From the NCBI GenBank assembly GCA_965228475.1, contig OZ245817.1:2496001-2560000 (forward strand): 64,000 nt of DNA, read 5' to 3'. The DNA comes from Myxococcota bacterium (GTDB taxonomy: Bacteria; Myxococcota_A; UBA9160; JAFDDA01). Of this stretch, positions 37,423 through 47,000 are shown one piece after another; the stretch's first letter is position 1, and the number at the start of each line of letters is the position of its first letter. Both the position numbers and the translations under genes were made by a program. The notes beneath the pieces are model-generated. The model was not told the origin of the DNA and ran no database searches. It saw only the letters and a list, made by a program, of their open reading frames with translations.

Positions 37423-38181
37423 ATGCGACTCCGACAGATCGCCCTCGCCGCCCACGTGCTCGAAGACGCGACCGACGCCTTCGAGGCCGTCCTCGGGATC
37501 GACGTCGCCTTCCAGGACCCCGGCGTCGCCGTGTTCGGCCTCGAGAACGCCGTCATGCCCCTCGGCCAGGAGTTCCTCGAGGTCGTCTGCCCGACCGCCG
37601 AGGCCGCGCCCGCGCGCCGCTACCTCGAACGCCGCGGTGGCGACTGCGGCTACATGGTCATGGTGCAGACGGAGGGCTGGGAGGCCGACCGCGCCCGCGC
37701 CGAGGCCCAGGGCATCCGCGTCGTCTGGGAGGCCGAGCTGCCCGACATCCGCGGCATGCACTTCCATCCGCGCGACACGGGCGGTGCGCTCCTCTCTCTC
37801 GACCAGCCCGACCCGCCGGAGTCCTGGCGGTGGGCCGGGAAGCGCTGGACCGAGCACGTGCGGACGGAGCGCGTGGTCGGCCTGCGCGGCGTCACGGTCG
37901 CCTGCCTCGAGCCCGGCGTCGTCGCCGCACGCTGGGGCGAGCTGCTCGACCTCACGCCCAGTGCGGGCGACGCCCTCCCGCGACTCGATCTCGAGGACAC
38001 CTTCATCGAGTTCTCGACGGCGGCCAGCGCCCCCGAAGAAGGCGTCGTCTGCGTCACGCTGCGCGTGCGGGACGCGGCCGCGATCCTCGCCGCCGCCCGG
38101 GAACGAGGGCTCCCAACGGACGACACGAGCTTCACCGCGACGGGAACCCGGTTCCGGCTCGAGGCCGAAGACGCCGCTTGA
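37423..38181 (+). CDS. VOC/glyoxalase-like protein
   Basis: MRLRQIAL, DPGVAVFGLENA, FLEVV, GYMV, HPRDTGG. Confidence 0.8.
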   Translation: MRLRQIALAAHVLEDATDAFEAVLGIDVAFQDPGVAVFGLENAVMPLGQEFLEVVCPTAEAAPARRYLERRGGDCGYMVMVQTEGWEADRARAEAQGIRVVWEAELPDIRGMHFHPRDTGGALLSLDQPDPPESWRWAGKRWTEHVRTERVVGLRGVTVACLEPGVVAARWGELLDLTPSAGDALPRLDLEDTFIEFSTAASAPEEGVVCVTLRVRDAAAILAAARERGLPTDDTSFTATGTRFRLEAEDAA

Positions 38182-38202
38182 AGACCGGCCGCGAACGCGG
38201 CC

Positions 38203-38604
38203 TCAGGGCTCGCGAATCTCGATCTCGATCTTCGCGACCTTGTTTCCGTAGGAGTCGCCCTGGTAGGCGGCGAAGGAGACCGGCAGGCTGTCGCCCTCCT
38301 CGAAGGGCTGCCCGTCGTAGAGGAACGAGTTCCGGTAGTCGAGCGTGGCGCGCGAGAGCGCCGTCCCGGCCGGGTCGTAGAGCGTGTAGACCATGTACCC
38401 GATCGGATCCTCGAGCCGGCGGGTCATGGTGGCCTCCCACTTCACGACCTTGCCGCCGATCACGACCTGCTCCCATTCCTCGAAGCGCACGATGTCCGCT
38501 CCCGCGCCCGTGACGACGACGTCCGGCATGTCCGCCGGCGCGCAGGCAGCGACGGACACCGCGAGGACCGTCGCGAGGGCCGCTCTCGACGACCGCAACG
38601 CCAT
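38203..38604 (-). CDS. Hypothetical lipoprotein
   Basis: Signal LATVLAVSVAA-C; 2 nt downstream of the SPFH gene stop. Confidence 0.7.
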   Translation of the reverse strand: MALRSSRAALATVLAVSVAACAPADMPDVVVTGAGADIVRFEEWEQVVIGGKVVKWEATMTRRLEDPIGYMVYTLYDPAGTALSRATLDYRNSFLYDGQPFEEGDSLPVSFAAYQGDSYGNKVAKIEIEIREP

Positions 38605-38606
38605 GG

Positions 38607-39737
38607 CTAGCGCTCGGGCTCCGGCGGCGGCGGCGGGACCCGGTTGAAGAGCGCCGCGACCGAGGGCACCTCCTGCGCAGCCACCCAGGCCGGCATGCCG
38701 ACCGCCCAGACCAGCGTCGTCGGAAGCACGCGCCCGTTCACGACGGCTTCTGCGAGCTGGGCCGGAGACAGCGGCCCCGAGGCGGCGCCGTTTTCGACCA
38801 CGTGCCAGACGGTGACCGCGGGCGGCGGAGGCGGCGGGGCCGCCTGGGGTGCGGGACCGGCCGGCCCGGGCGTTCCGCCCTGCACGCCCGGCGTCATGTT
38901 CTGGGCGTAGGCCATGCCCATGCCCAGACCGACACCCGCGGCCGCGAGACCACCCGCCGGATTCTCGGCCGCCGAGGGGATGGCGGCGCCGAGCTGATAC
39001 TGCTGGAAGTTCGTGAGGTCCCCGACCACGTTCATGCCCGTCCGCGCATCGATGGCCTTCTCGACCTCCGGCGGGAGCGAGATGTTCACGATGTAGAGCT
39101 GCGGGATGTCGAGGCCGTACTCATCGTCGATCTTCGTGACGACGCGCTGGCGAAGCTCTTCCGAGAGCTCCTGGTAGTTCTCCGCCAGGTCGAGGGCGGC
39201 GATCTCCGCGCTCGCCACGAGCTCCGCGAAGGTGTGATTGATGATCGAGCGCAGGAGCTCGCTGATCTCGTCGGCCTCGAAGTTCGCGTCCGTCCCGACG
39301 AGCTCGCGCAGGAGCGCCCGAGGGTCCTGGGCCTTCAGCGTGTAGGTGCCGAAGGCGCGCAGGCGGATCGGCCCGAAGTCGATGTCGCGCATCATCACCG
39401 GGTTCGGCGTGCCCCACTTGAGGTCCGGGATCTGCCGGGTGCTGACGAAGTAGACCTCGGCCATGAAGGGGCTGTCGAAGCCGTACTTCCAGCCCTGGAG
39501 CGTCGAGAGGATCGGCAGGTTCTTCGTCTCGAGCCGGTACTGACCGGGCTCGAAGACGTCGGCGATCTGCCCCTGGCGGACGAAGATGGCCGCCTGGCCG
39601 GGCCGCACGATCAGCTGGGCGCCGTACTTGATCTGGTTGTGGTAGCGCGGGAAGCGCCACACCAGCGTGTGACGGCTGTCGTCCACCCATTCGATGATGT
39701 CGATCAGCTCGCCGCGAAGCTTGTCCATGAAACCCAT
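38607..39737 (-). CDS. SPFH/band-7 (YdjI/virion-core-like) protein with C-terminal GYF_2-like domain
   Basis: IDIIEW..LVWRF, TKNLPILSTL, SPFMAEVYF, WGTPNP, RAFGTY, NISLP; Pro linker; GPLS..LVWAVGMPAW. Confidence 0.85.
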   Translation of the reverse strand: MGFMDKLRGELIDIIEWVDDSRHTLVWRFPRYHNQIKYGAQLIVRPGQAAIFVRQGQIADVFEPGQYRLETKNLPILSTLQGWKYGFDSPFMAEVYFVSTRQIPDLKWGTPNPVMMRDIDFGPIRLRAFGTYTLKAQDPRALLRELVGTDANFEADEISELLRSIINHTFAELVASAEIAALDLAENYQELSEELRQRVVTKIDDEYGLDIPQLYIVNISLPPEVEKAIDARTGMNVVGDLTNFQQYQLGAAIPSAAENPAGGLAAAGVGLGMGMAYAQNMTPGVQGGTPGPAGPAPQAAPPPPPPAVTVWHVVENGAASGPLSPAQLAEAVVNGRVLPTTLVWAVGMPAWVAAQEVPSVAALFNRVPPPPPEPER

Positions 39738-39802
39738 CGGTTGCGTCTCCCTATCCCTGATTCGTCGCCTGATTCGTCGCGCCGGTGCGTCGAGCCCCCG
39801 CG

Positions 39803-40642
39803 CTAGTCGAGCAGTTCCCAGATCAATCCGAGCACGCTGCGGCCGAACAGGCCGCCTCCCCCTCGGCGTTCGTGGCTCCAGTCCATCTGGAAGTCCGGTC
39901 GCGGGCGCTGCGGCGGCGGCTCGAGGGCCGGCTCCGGCGGCACGCCGCCCTGTTCGAGGATGAAGCCCGCGATGGCCTCGAGTTCGTCCGCGTCGAGCCA
40001 CGTGCCGTGGTCGTGGCAGTGGTCGAGGATCACGCCGGAGCACTTCCGGTAGTTCTTCCGGTGCATGAAGGCTTCGCAGACGGGGCACTTCCGGTACCGG
40101 ACGCTCTGCCGGTACGGGTTCGCACCGGCTCTTCGCGGTGCGCGCCCGGGCAGCTCCCCTTCCTCGGCCTTGCGTACGGCATCGACGGCTCGGGCCACGA
40201 GCTGTTCGAAGCGGTCTCCCGCCACCCAGAGCCCGTTGCAGTTCGGACACTCGTTGGCCGGGATGTCGCCGACCTGGCGCGAGGGCATGAGCCCGCCGCA
40301 ATCCGGGCACGGAAGCTCGTGCTCGCCCGCGACGACCGGCTGGGGGTCGAAGCCGACCCCGCAGGCCGTACAGAAACGGGAATCTTCGGCATTGCGGGCG
40401 AAGCACTCGGGACAGAGCAGCGAGAGCGCGCCCTCGCGGACGACGGGCGCCGCGCAGTAGTCGCAGACCTCCGCGTCCTCGCCGAGTCCGGCGCCGCAGG
40501 AGCCGCAGCGCACGACCCGGGCATCGATCGGCGCATGGACCTCGTTCGCGACCTTCGCGCCGCACGGGCAGGAAAGCTCCGGATCCGTCACGTGCGTGAC
40601 GTCGAACTGGCGGTGGCACGTTCCGCAGGCGACCAGGCGCAA
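39803..40642 (-). CDS. Multi-zinc-ribbon protein (double zinc ribbon + two zf-TFIIB-like domains)
   Basis: About 10 CxxC/CxC/CxxH pairs; CPNCNGLW and CHDHGTWLDADEL; TTG after GGGAGA. Confidence 0.8.
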   Translation of the reverse strand: MRLVACGTCHRQFDVTHVTDPELSCPCGAKVANEVHAPIDARVVRCGSCGAGLGEDAEVCDYCAAPVVREGALSLLCPECFARNAEDSRFCTACGVGFDPQPVVAGEHELPCPDCGGLMPSRQVGDIPANECPNCNGLWVAGDRFEQLVARAVDAVRKAEEGELPGRAPRRAGANPYRQSVRYRKCPVCEAFMHRKNYRKCSGVILDHCHDHGTWLDADELEAIAGFILEQGGVPPEPALEPPPQRPRPDFQMDWSHERRGGGGLFGRSVLGLIWELLD

Positions 40643-40712
40643 GTTGCGTCTCCCTGGAGGCGCACGGAGCACCCCCTCGGCCGGGCGCGTTCCGCCCGGC
40701 ACCGCCCCTTGC

Positions 40713-40738
40713 ATCGGCCCCGCGCCCGACCCTCTTGA
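40713..40738 (-). promoter_or_regulatory. Putative sigma28-like promoter TCAAG-N15-GCCGAT for the zinc-ribbon/SPFH operon
   Basis: Minus strand TCAAG agggtcgggcgcggg GCCGAT, 70 nt before the TTG start. Confidence 0.45.
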
Positions 40739-40852
40739 CCACGCACCGGGCGGCAGGAAACCGGCAACTCCGTGGTAGGATCCGCGGTCTTTCGCGGGCC
40801 CTCGGCCCGCGCCCGAAGTGGCCCGCGATCGGAATGCTCAGGAAGGAGTGCC

Positions 40853-41935
40853 ATGAGACCCGCGGCTCGCAGCGCGGCGCGCATCACCCTCGCGGGCCTG
40901 GCCCTGCTGTCGACCGGCTGCCAGCTCGTCGGGCCGCGCACGGTCGACATCGGCCGGGTTCACTACAACACGGTCATCCAGCGCACCGGGAACGAGCAGA
41001 TGCTGCTCAACCTGGTCCGTCTGCGGTACAGCGACACGCCCTTCTTCCTTCAGGTGGCGAGCATCTCCACGGCCTTCGAGTTCAAGACCGGGGCGAACGT
41101 GGGCATCGGCGTGAGTCCCGGGACGTACCTGTTCGGCGGCGACGTCGAGCTCGCCGAACAGCCGACCGTCACGTACACGCCGCTCGAGGGCGAGCAGTTC
41201 GTGAAGAGCGTGCTCACCCCGATCGACCTCGCGACGGTGCTCCTGCTCTATCACTCCGGCTGGGCCATCGACCGGCTCCTGCGCATCACCGTCCAGGAGA
41301 TGAACGACGTCCCGAACGCGCCGAGCGCATCGGGCCCGACGCCCAAGACCGCGCCCGAGTACGAGACGTTCCTGGGCGTCGCCGAGGCCCTCCGAGAGCT
41401 CCAGTCGCGCGGCGACATCTCCCTGGCCGGCCGCGCCGGCCCGTCCGGCACCGAACTCCAGCTCACCTTGGAGCCCGACGCCGTCGGCAGCCCCGCTCAC
41501 CGGGCCTTCGCTTCGGGTCTCCGGCTCGATCCGGCCCTCGCCCAGTACCGTTTGGTGACGGACGCCGGCCTGCGGGAGCCGGATCAGATCTCGGTCGTCA
41601 CGCGCTCCCTGATGGCGTCCTTTTTCTACGTGTCGCAGGGCGTCGAGGTCCCGGAGGAGGACGAAACCGCCGGCCGGGTCAACACGACGCGCACGGCGGC
41701 CGGCGAGCGCTTCGACTGGAACTTCATCCAGGACGATCTTTTCCGGGTCCACCAGGCCGAGCACCTGCCGGACCAGGCGTCCGTGAGCACCCATTATCGG
41801 GAACGGTGGTTCTACATCGCCGACGCCGACCTCGAATCCGAATCTACATTCGCGTTGCTCATGCAGCTCTTCTCCCTCCAATCGGGAAACGTGCCCTCGA
41901 GCGCCCCCCTGCTGACCCTCCCGGTCAGCCGCTAG
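40853..41935 (+). CDS. Hypothetical lipoprotein
   Basis: LALLSTG-C lipobox; LLNLVRLRYSDTPFFL, PTVTYTPLEG, WFYIADADLES; GGAG RBS. Confidence 0.8.
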   Translation: MRPAARSAARITLAGLALLSTGCQLVGPRTVDIGRVHYNTVIQRTGNEQMLLNLVRLRYSDTPFFLQVASISTAFEFKTGANVGIGVSPGTYLFGGDVELAEQPTVTYTPLEGEQFVKSVLTPIDLATVLLLYHSGWAIDRLLRITVQEMNDVPNAPSASGPTPKTAPEYETFLGVAEALRELQSRGDISLAGRAGPSGTELQLTLEPDAVGSPAHRAFASGLRLDPALAQYRLVTDAGLREPDQISVVTRSLMASFFYVSQGVEVPEEDETAGRVNTTRTAAGERFDWNFIQDDLFRVHQAEHLPDQASVSTHYRERWFYIADADLESESTFALLMQLFSLQSGNVPSSAPLLTLPVSR

Positions 41936-42083
41936 CCGCCTCCCGTCCGCCACGACAGCGCCACGACAGGCGTTGACGCATCGGCCGCCAGACCTGTAAA
42001 AGGAAAGGGCCGTCGGGGGCCTTTTGCCTCCTACTCAGCTTTTGCGCGGAAACCGACCGAGCTGTCCGGTTTAGGGGGATTGT

Positions 42084-43937
42084 ATGCGCGTGCCTCATCG
42101 ACCTCTGTTCATTGCTTTCGCTCTCGTTGCCATGCACTTTCAGATCGGTGTGGGCTGCGCAGAGCCGCTCACCATCAACGTGACCTCACCGAGCCACGGC
42201 GAGTTCTCGACCGCCAGCTCGATCACGATCACCGGGTCCGTGACGGGCGTGCAGCCGGCCAACGCCGCGCTGACCATCAACGGCTCGCCGGTGACGGTCG
42301 CCGGGAACTCGACCTTCTCCGCGAACGTCGCCCTCGATGGCAACATCGTGTTCAACCCGTTCCTGCTCGAACTCACGAACACCAACACGAACGTCACGAT
42401 CCGCGATCGGATCGTGGTGATCGCCGGTGAGTCGGTCGCGGACGGAGCCCTGTCCGAGGACAGCATCGCGCTGCGCCTGAACGACTCGGGCCTCGACTCC
42501 ATCGAAGGGGTCGTGAGCAGCCTGGTCAACTTCGACCTCGCCACGCTCCTCCCGGTCGGGACGGCGGTGATCAACGACTTCTGCGCGATCGACGGCGGCT
42601 TCCTCGGCTGCCTCGGCAGCGTGGACGTCGTGATCGCCAACCCGACGCCGAGCATCTCGGGCTTCTCGATCGACATCGACTCGCTGGTGAACGCCGCCGC
42701 GGGCGACGTCACGATCAACGACCTCGACGTCCGGGCGCAGATCAACGGCTCGGGCATCGCCCCGAGCTGCGGGCTCCGCCTCACCGCGAACTCGCTCGAC
42801 ATCCTCGGGGACTACACCCTCGAGCCCGACGCTCTTGGCGACGCGATCGACGTGAACCTCATCACGTCGCCGCCGGGCATCGTGTTCTCGGGCTTCAACA
42901 GCGAGTTCACGAGCGGCCTGTGCGACTTCCCGCTGATCGGCAGCCTGATTCAGCTGATCATCGGCGACGTCCAGCCGATCGTCGTGAACGGCCTCCGGGA
43001 CTTCCTGGACGATCCGGACGGGGCCGGCCCCGCGGACGCCCCGCTCGCGGAAGGCATCGAGACGGCTCTGGCCGAGATCTCGATCGCCGGCCCGATCGGC
43101 GAGGGCCTCGGCCTGAACCTCGAGGCGCCGCTGTTCGCCGTGGACGAGGACAACGCGGGCATCACCCTCGGGTCCGATGGCCGCATCACCTCGACGCCGT
43201 GCACCCCGCCGCCGAACGCGCCGGACCTGCTGGCTTCCCTGGCCGTGCCGGAGCCGTTCCCGAGCTTCGGGGCGCTCACGCCGGGCGGCCTGCCCTACGG
43301 CCTCGGCATCTGCGTCTCGACGGCGGCCTTCAACCAGCTGCTGAAGGCCGAGACCGAGTGCGGCCTGCTCCAGACCACGCTGACGGAGCTCGACCTCGAT
43401 GGGCCCGGCGGCAACCCGCCGCTGCCCATCACCGCAGCCGTCCTCGCGACGTTCATCCCCGAACTGGCCAACGCCGACCCGTCGACGCCCTTCGCGATCA
43501 ATCTGATCCCGACCCTGGCGCCGGCCCTGACCGGCAACCCGGGGCCTGCGGGTGAGATTGCCGAGCTCCGGCTTGGCGGTCTGGTCGTCGAGGTCGTCGA
43601 GACCATCGGAGGCCAGAAGATCATCGACGGTCAGGTCGACTTCCGCGCCGGCCTGGACTTCAGCTTCGACAGCCAGACCAGCGAGCTCGTGCCGACCATC
43701 GGCGCGGTGGGCGCCGGGGACATCAACGTCGACATCGTGAACAACACGGTGATGACGAACCCGACCCAGCTCGCCTTCATCCTGGAGATCCTGCTGCCGG
43801 GCCTGCTGCCCACCCTGGGCGACTCGCTCGGCTCGTTCCCGCTGCCGGAACTGCTGGGCCTCCAGATCCAGGGCGTGTCCGTCGAGCAGAACGGCGAGTT
43901 CGTCTCGCTCTTCGCCGACCTGGTCCCGACTCCCTAG
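42084..43937 (+). CDS. Large secreted (lipo)protein: N-terminal Ig-like domain + possible BPI/LBP-like long-beta domain
   Basis: Signal ending IGVG-C; ITITGSVTG..LTING Ig-like; ALRLNDSGLDSI and STAAFNQLL segments; paired Cys. Confidence 0.7.
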   Translation: MRVPHRPLFIAFALVAMHFQIGVGCAEPLTINVTSPSHGEFSTASSITITGSVTGVQPANAALTINGSPVTVAGNSTFSANVALDGNIVFNPFLLELTNTNTNVTIRDRIVVIAGESVADGALSEDSIALRLNDSGLDSIEGVVSSLVNFDLATLLPVGTAVINDFCAIDGGFLGCLGSVDVVIANPTPSISGFSIDIDSLVNAAAGDVTINDLDVRAQINGSGIAPSCGLRLTANSLDILGDYTLEPDALGDAIDVNLITSPPGIVFSGFNSEFTSGLCDFPLIGSLIQLIIGDVQPIVVNGLRDFLDDPDGAGPADAPLAEGIETALAEISIAGPIGEGLGLNLEAPLFAVDEDNAGITLGSDGRITSTPCTPPPNAPDLLASLAVPEPFPSFGALTPGGLPYGLGICVSTAAFNQLLKAETECGLLQTTLTELDLDGPGGNPPLPITAAVLATFIPELANADPSTPFAINLIPTLAPALTGNPGPAGEIAELRLGGLVVEVVETIGGQKIIDGQVDFRAGLDFSFDSQTSELVPTIGAVGAGDINVDIVNNTVMTNPTQLAFILEILLPGLLPTLGDSLGSFPLPELLGLQIQGVSVEQNGEFVSLFADLVPTP

Positions 43938-43959
43938 GGGCCCGCGTCTCCGAGCCTGC

Positions 43960-44008
43960 GCCCCCGTGACGGGACGATCCCAGATCGTCCTCGTCACGGG
44001 GGCTTTCT
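43960..44008 (+). terminator. Rho-independent terminator-like hairpin
   Basis: GCCCCCGTGACG-GGACGATC-cca-GATCGTCC-t-CGTCACGGGGGC followed by TTTCT. Confidence 0.7.
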
Positions 44009-44096
44009 CGTTCTGGCCCGGCGGTTTCTGGTAGGATCCCGGGTGGCGAAGGGGCCACCGCCGCGCGTCCGACCGGGCGCCGGCCGGAAACCGCCC

Positions 44097-47000
44097 ATGC
44101 GCCTCCTCCTGCCCCTCCTGCTGACCCTGTTCGCTCTTCCCGCCCCGGCCCCCGCGGCGCCCGATTCGGGCGAGCTCGTCTATCTGAACGAAGGCAACCG
44201 CCTGCGGCGCTTCGACGTCGACACGCTCGGCCAGCGGCTTCCCGCCCAGGACGTCCTCGTCCAGCGCGAGGGGCCCGAGGGCCCGGGCGGAGGTGACGCC
44301 GGCGCGACCCCGAACGGGAACGACATCAACGGGATGATCTGCCCGTTCCCGGACGGAAGCGGGCGCTTCGTCGCCGGTGAGGACACGCACCAGCCGACGC
44401 CGCCCGCAGGCTGGGGGATCTACGCGCCCGACGGCTCTCTGGTCGGCAAGATGACCCCCACCTATCCGACCGTCTCCCCCGAGACCTTCGGCTGCGGGTT
44501 CAACTCCGAGGGCCTCCTCTTCACGACCTCGACCGGCGACCCGGGCATCGGCTTCGGGAACGGGCAGCTGATCCTCTGGTTTCCGCCCTACGAGGGCTTC
44601 CCCGGCCCCCCGGGCGCCTACCCGGAGACGAACGCCCGGAGCGAGAACTTCTGCGTCCTCGCCAACGACATCGGCACCGCCACGGGCGTCGCGATCGACG
44701 ACGACGACAACGTCTACGTCGCTTCGGGCGGACTGCTCCGCGTCCTGCGCTTCGCGCCGCCCTTCCCGACCGGGCTCGGCCCGGGCGAAGGCTGCGAAGG
44801 CACCGACCCCCAGGGCTCCCCGATGGCCGACGCCGTGAACCGCTCCATCGCCGTCCAGGGAAACCTGGCCTCGCTCTACAGCACGTTCACGGGCCTCGCG
44901 ATGGCACCGAACGGGAACCTCTACGCAGCGAGCATCATCAACGGGACGATCGGCGAGTTCCGGCTCGACACGGGCGACCCCTCCCAGGCCTCGACCTTCG
45001 TCCGTCACATCCTGCTGCCCACGGACCCGCCCTTCCCGTTCGAGACCGGCACGCCCCAGGGCCTCGCGGTGGGGGGCGACGGCAGCGTCTACTACGCCGA
45101 CATCGACCTCGTCGGCACCTTCCCGAACCTCGGCCCGGGGCCGGACGGAAAGCTCCGCCGGATCCGCTTCGACGGGAGCGGTGACCCGCTCCCGCCCGAA
45201 ACGATCCGGGACGGACTCGCCTTCCCGGACGGCGTGGCGGTCCTCCCGGGGCATCTGCCCTCGAAGGAGTGGCGCAGCTACGCGGGCGGTCCGGAGCGGC
45301 TCTTCCACAACCCCGACGAGTTCATCCTCGGCGCGGCCCAGGCCGGCTCGCTCGTGCAGCGCTGGCGCTTCGAGACCGACGCCATCATCACCGCTTCGCC
45401 CATCGTGGCGCGCCTCGACGTTCCCGGAGAGGGCCCGCAGTCGATCGCGTTCATCCAATCCTGGGACGGGAACGTCTACGCCGTGCGCGTGAAGGACGGG
45501 ACCGAACTCTGGCGGTTCGCCACGGAGCCCCAGCCCGGGGCGAACTTCCCGAACACCGGCTCCGCCCACGTCGAGAACGTCGACGGGCGCGAAACGGTCT
45601 TCATCGCCAGCGGACACCTGGCCTACGCCCTCGATGCGATCACCGGCGAGGAGATCTGGCGGTTCACGGCCGGCACGGGCTGCCGTGACGAGAACGGCGT
45701 GCCGCCCGGTGCGTGCACGATCGGAGGGGAGCGCAACGAGATCGAGACCTCGGCCATCGTCGCGGACGGGAAGGTCTACTTCGGGATGGACGTGAACGAC
45801 ACCGTGGGCGGCAAGGGCGGCTTCTTCGCCCTCGAGACGACCACCGGGCACCTCGCCTGGTTCTTCGACCTCGAGTCCGGGAAGACCTGCCGGCCCTTCC
45901 CGGGCGATGAGATCGACCAGTTCGACGCCTACCACGACGCCGCCGATCTGAACCTCCCGGCGGACTTCTTCAGTACGCGGCCGGGCTGCGACTTCCCGCG
46001 CAGCCAGACCGGCTGCGGCAACGTCTGGGCGACGCCCTCCTACGACGCGGGCCGCGACACCCTCTACGTCGCGGCGAGCAACTGCGACACGCGCACCGGG
46101 CCGGGGGACGACCCGCGAAAGCCCGACCCGCCGATGCCCCCCTTCGACCTCTCGGTCTTCGCGATCACGGCGCAGGGGACCCCGACCTGGCGCTACCGCT
46201 CCTACGCCGTCGACAACGAGGACTTCGCCTTCGGCGCCTCGCCGAACCTGTTCTCGATCGACGTGCCGGGCCTCGGCTCCGTCGACGTGCTCGGCATCGG
46301 GCAGAAGGACGGCCACTACCGGGTGCTTCCGCGCGACGGCGTGAACCCGCTGAGCGGGATCGACTGCACCGTGCTCGACGCCAACGGCGTCCCGGGCTGC
46401 GTCGACACCAACCTCGGCGGAGCCCCGTCCGAGCCGGCCGACTTCCCCGAGTTCCCCTTCTGGGACACCCAGGTCGTCCCCGGCGGCCGCGCCGGGGGCG
46501 TGATCCTCACCGCCGCCGCCAATCCGGTGGACCGGCGCATCGTCTTCAGCACGGCGCCGGGCTTCGACCCGCTGGCCCCTCAACAGCCGACGCTTCACAT
46601 CCTCGACATGGACACGGGCGACGTCGTGTGGGACGCGAGCCAGCTGCCCGTCCAGGACTCGGTCACCGAGAGCGCGAGCTTCGCACCGACGAGCACGGTC
46701 CCGGGCCTCGCCTTCTTCGGGACGGTGCCCTTCGACCTGCTCCGGGTGATCGCGACGGAAGACGACGACCCGCAGGAGGTCTTCGTCTATCCGCTTTCGG
46801 GCTTCCCGATCTCCGGAGCGGCCTCGGGCGCCATCGTCGTGGACGGCACCGTGCTCGTCGGTCACGGCATCGGCGTCCGCGGGAACCCCCAGGACCAGGG
46901 GACCCTGACCTCGAACATCCCCTCGGCCCTCGTGGCGCTGTGCGCCCCCGGCACGCCGGGCTGCGCGCCCTGCAACGACGGCATCGACAACGACCTGGAC

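Noticed and set aside
42004..42025. AAAGGGCC-gtcggg-GGCCTTTT hairpin as a terminator
   Set aside because: Short stem and short U-tract; too weak to call
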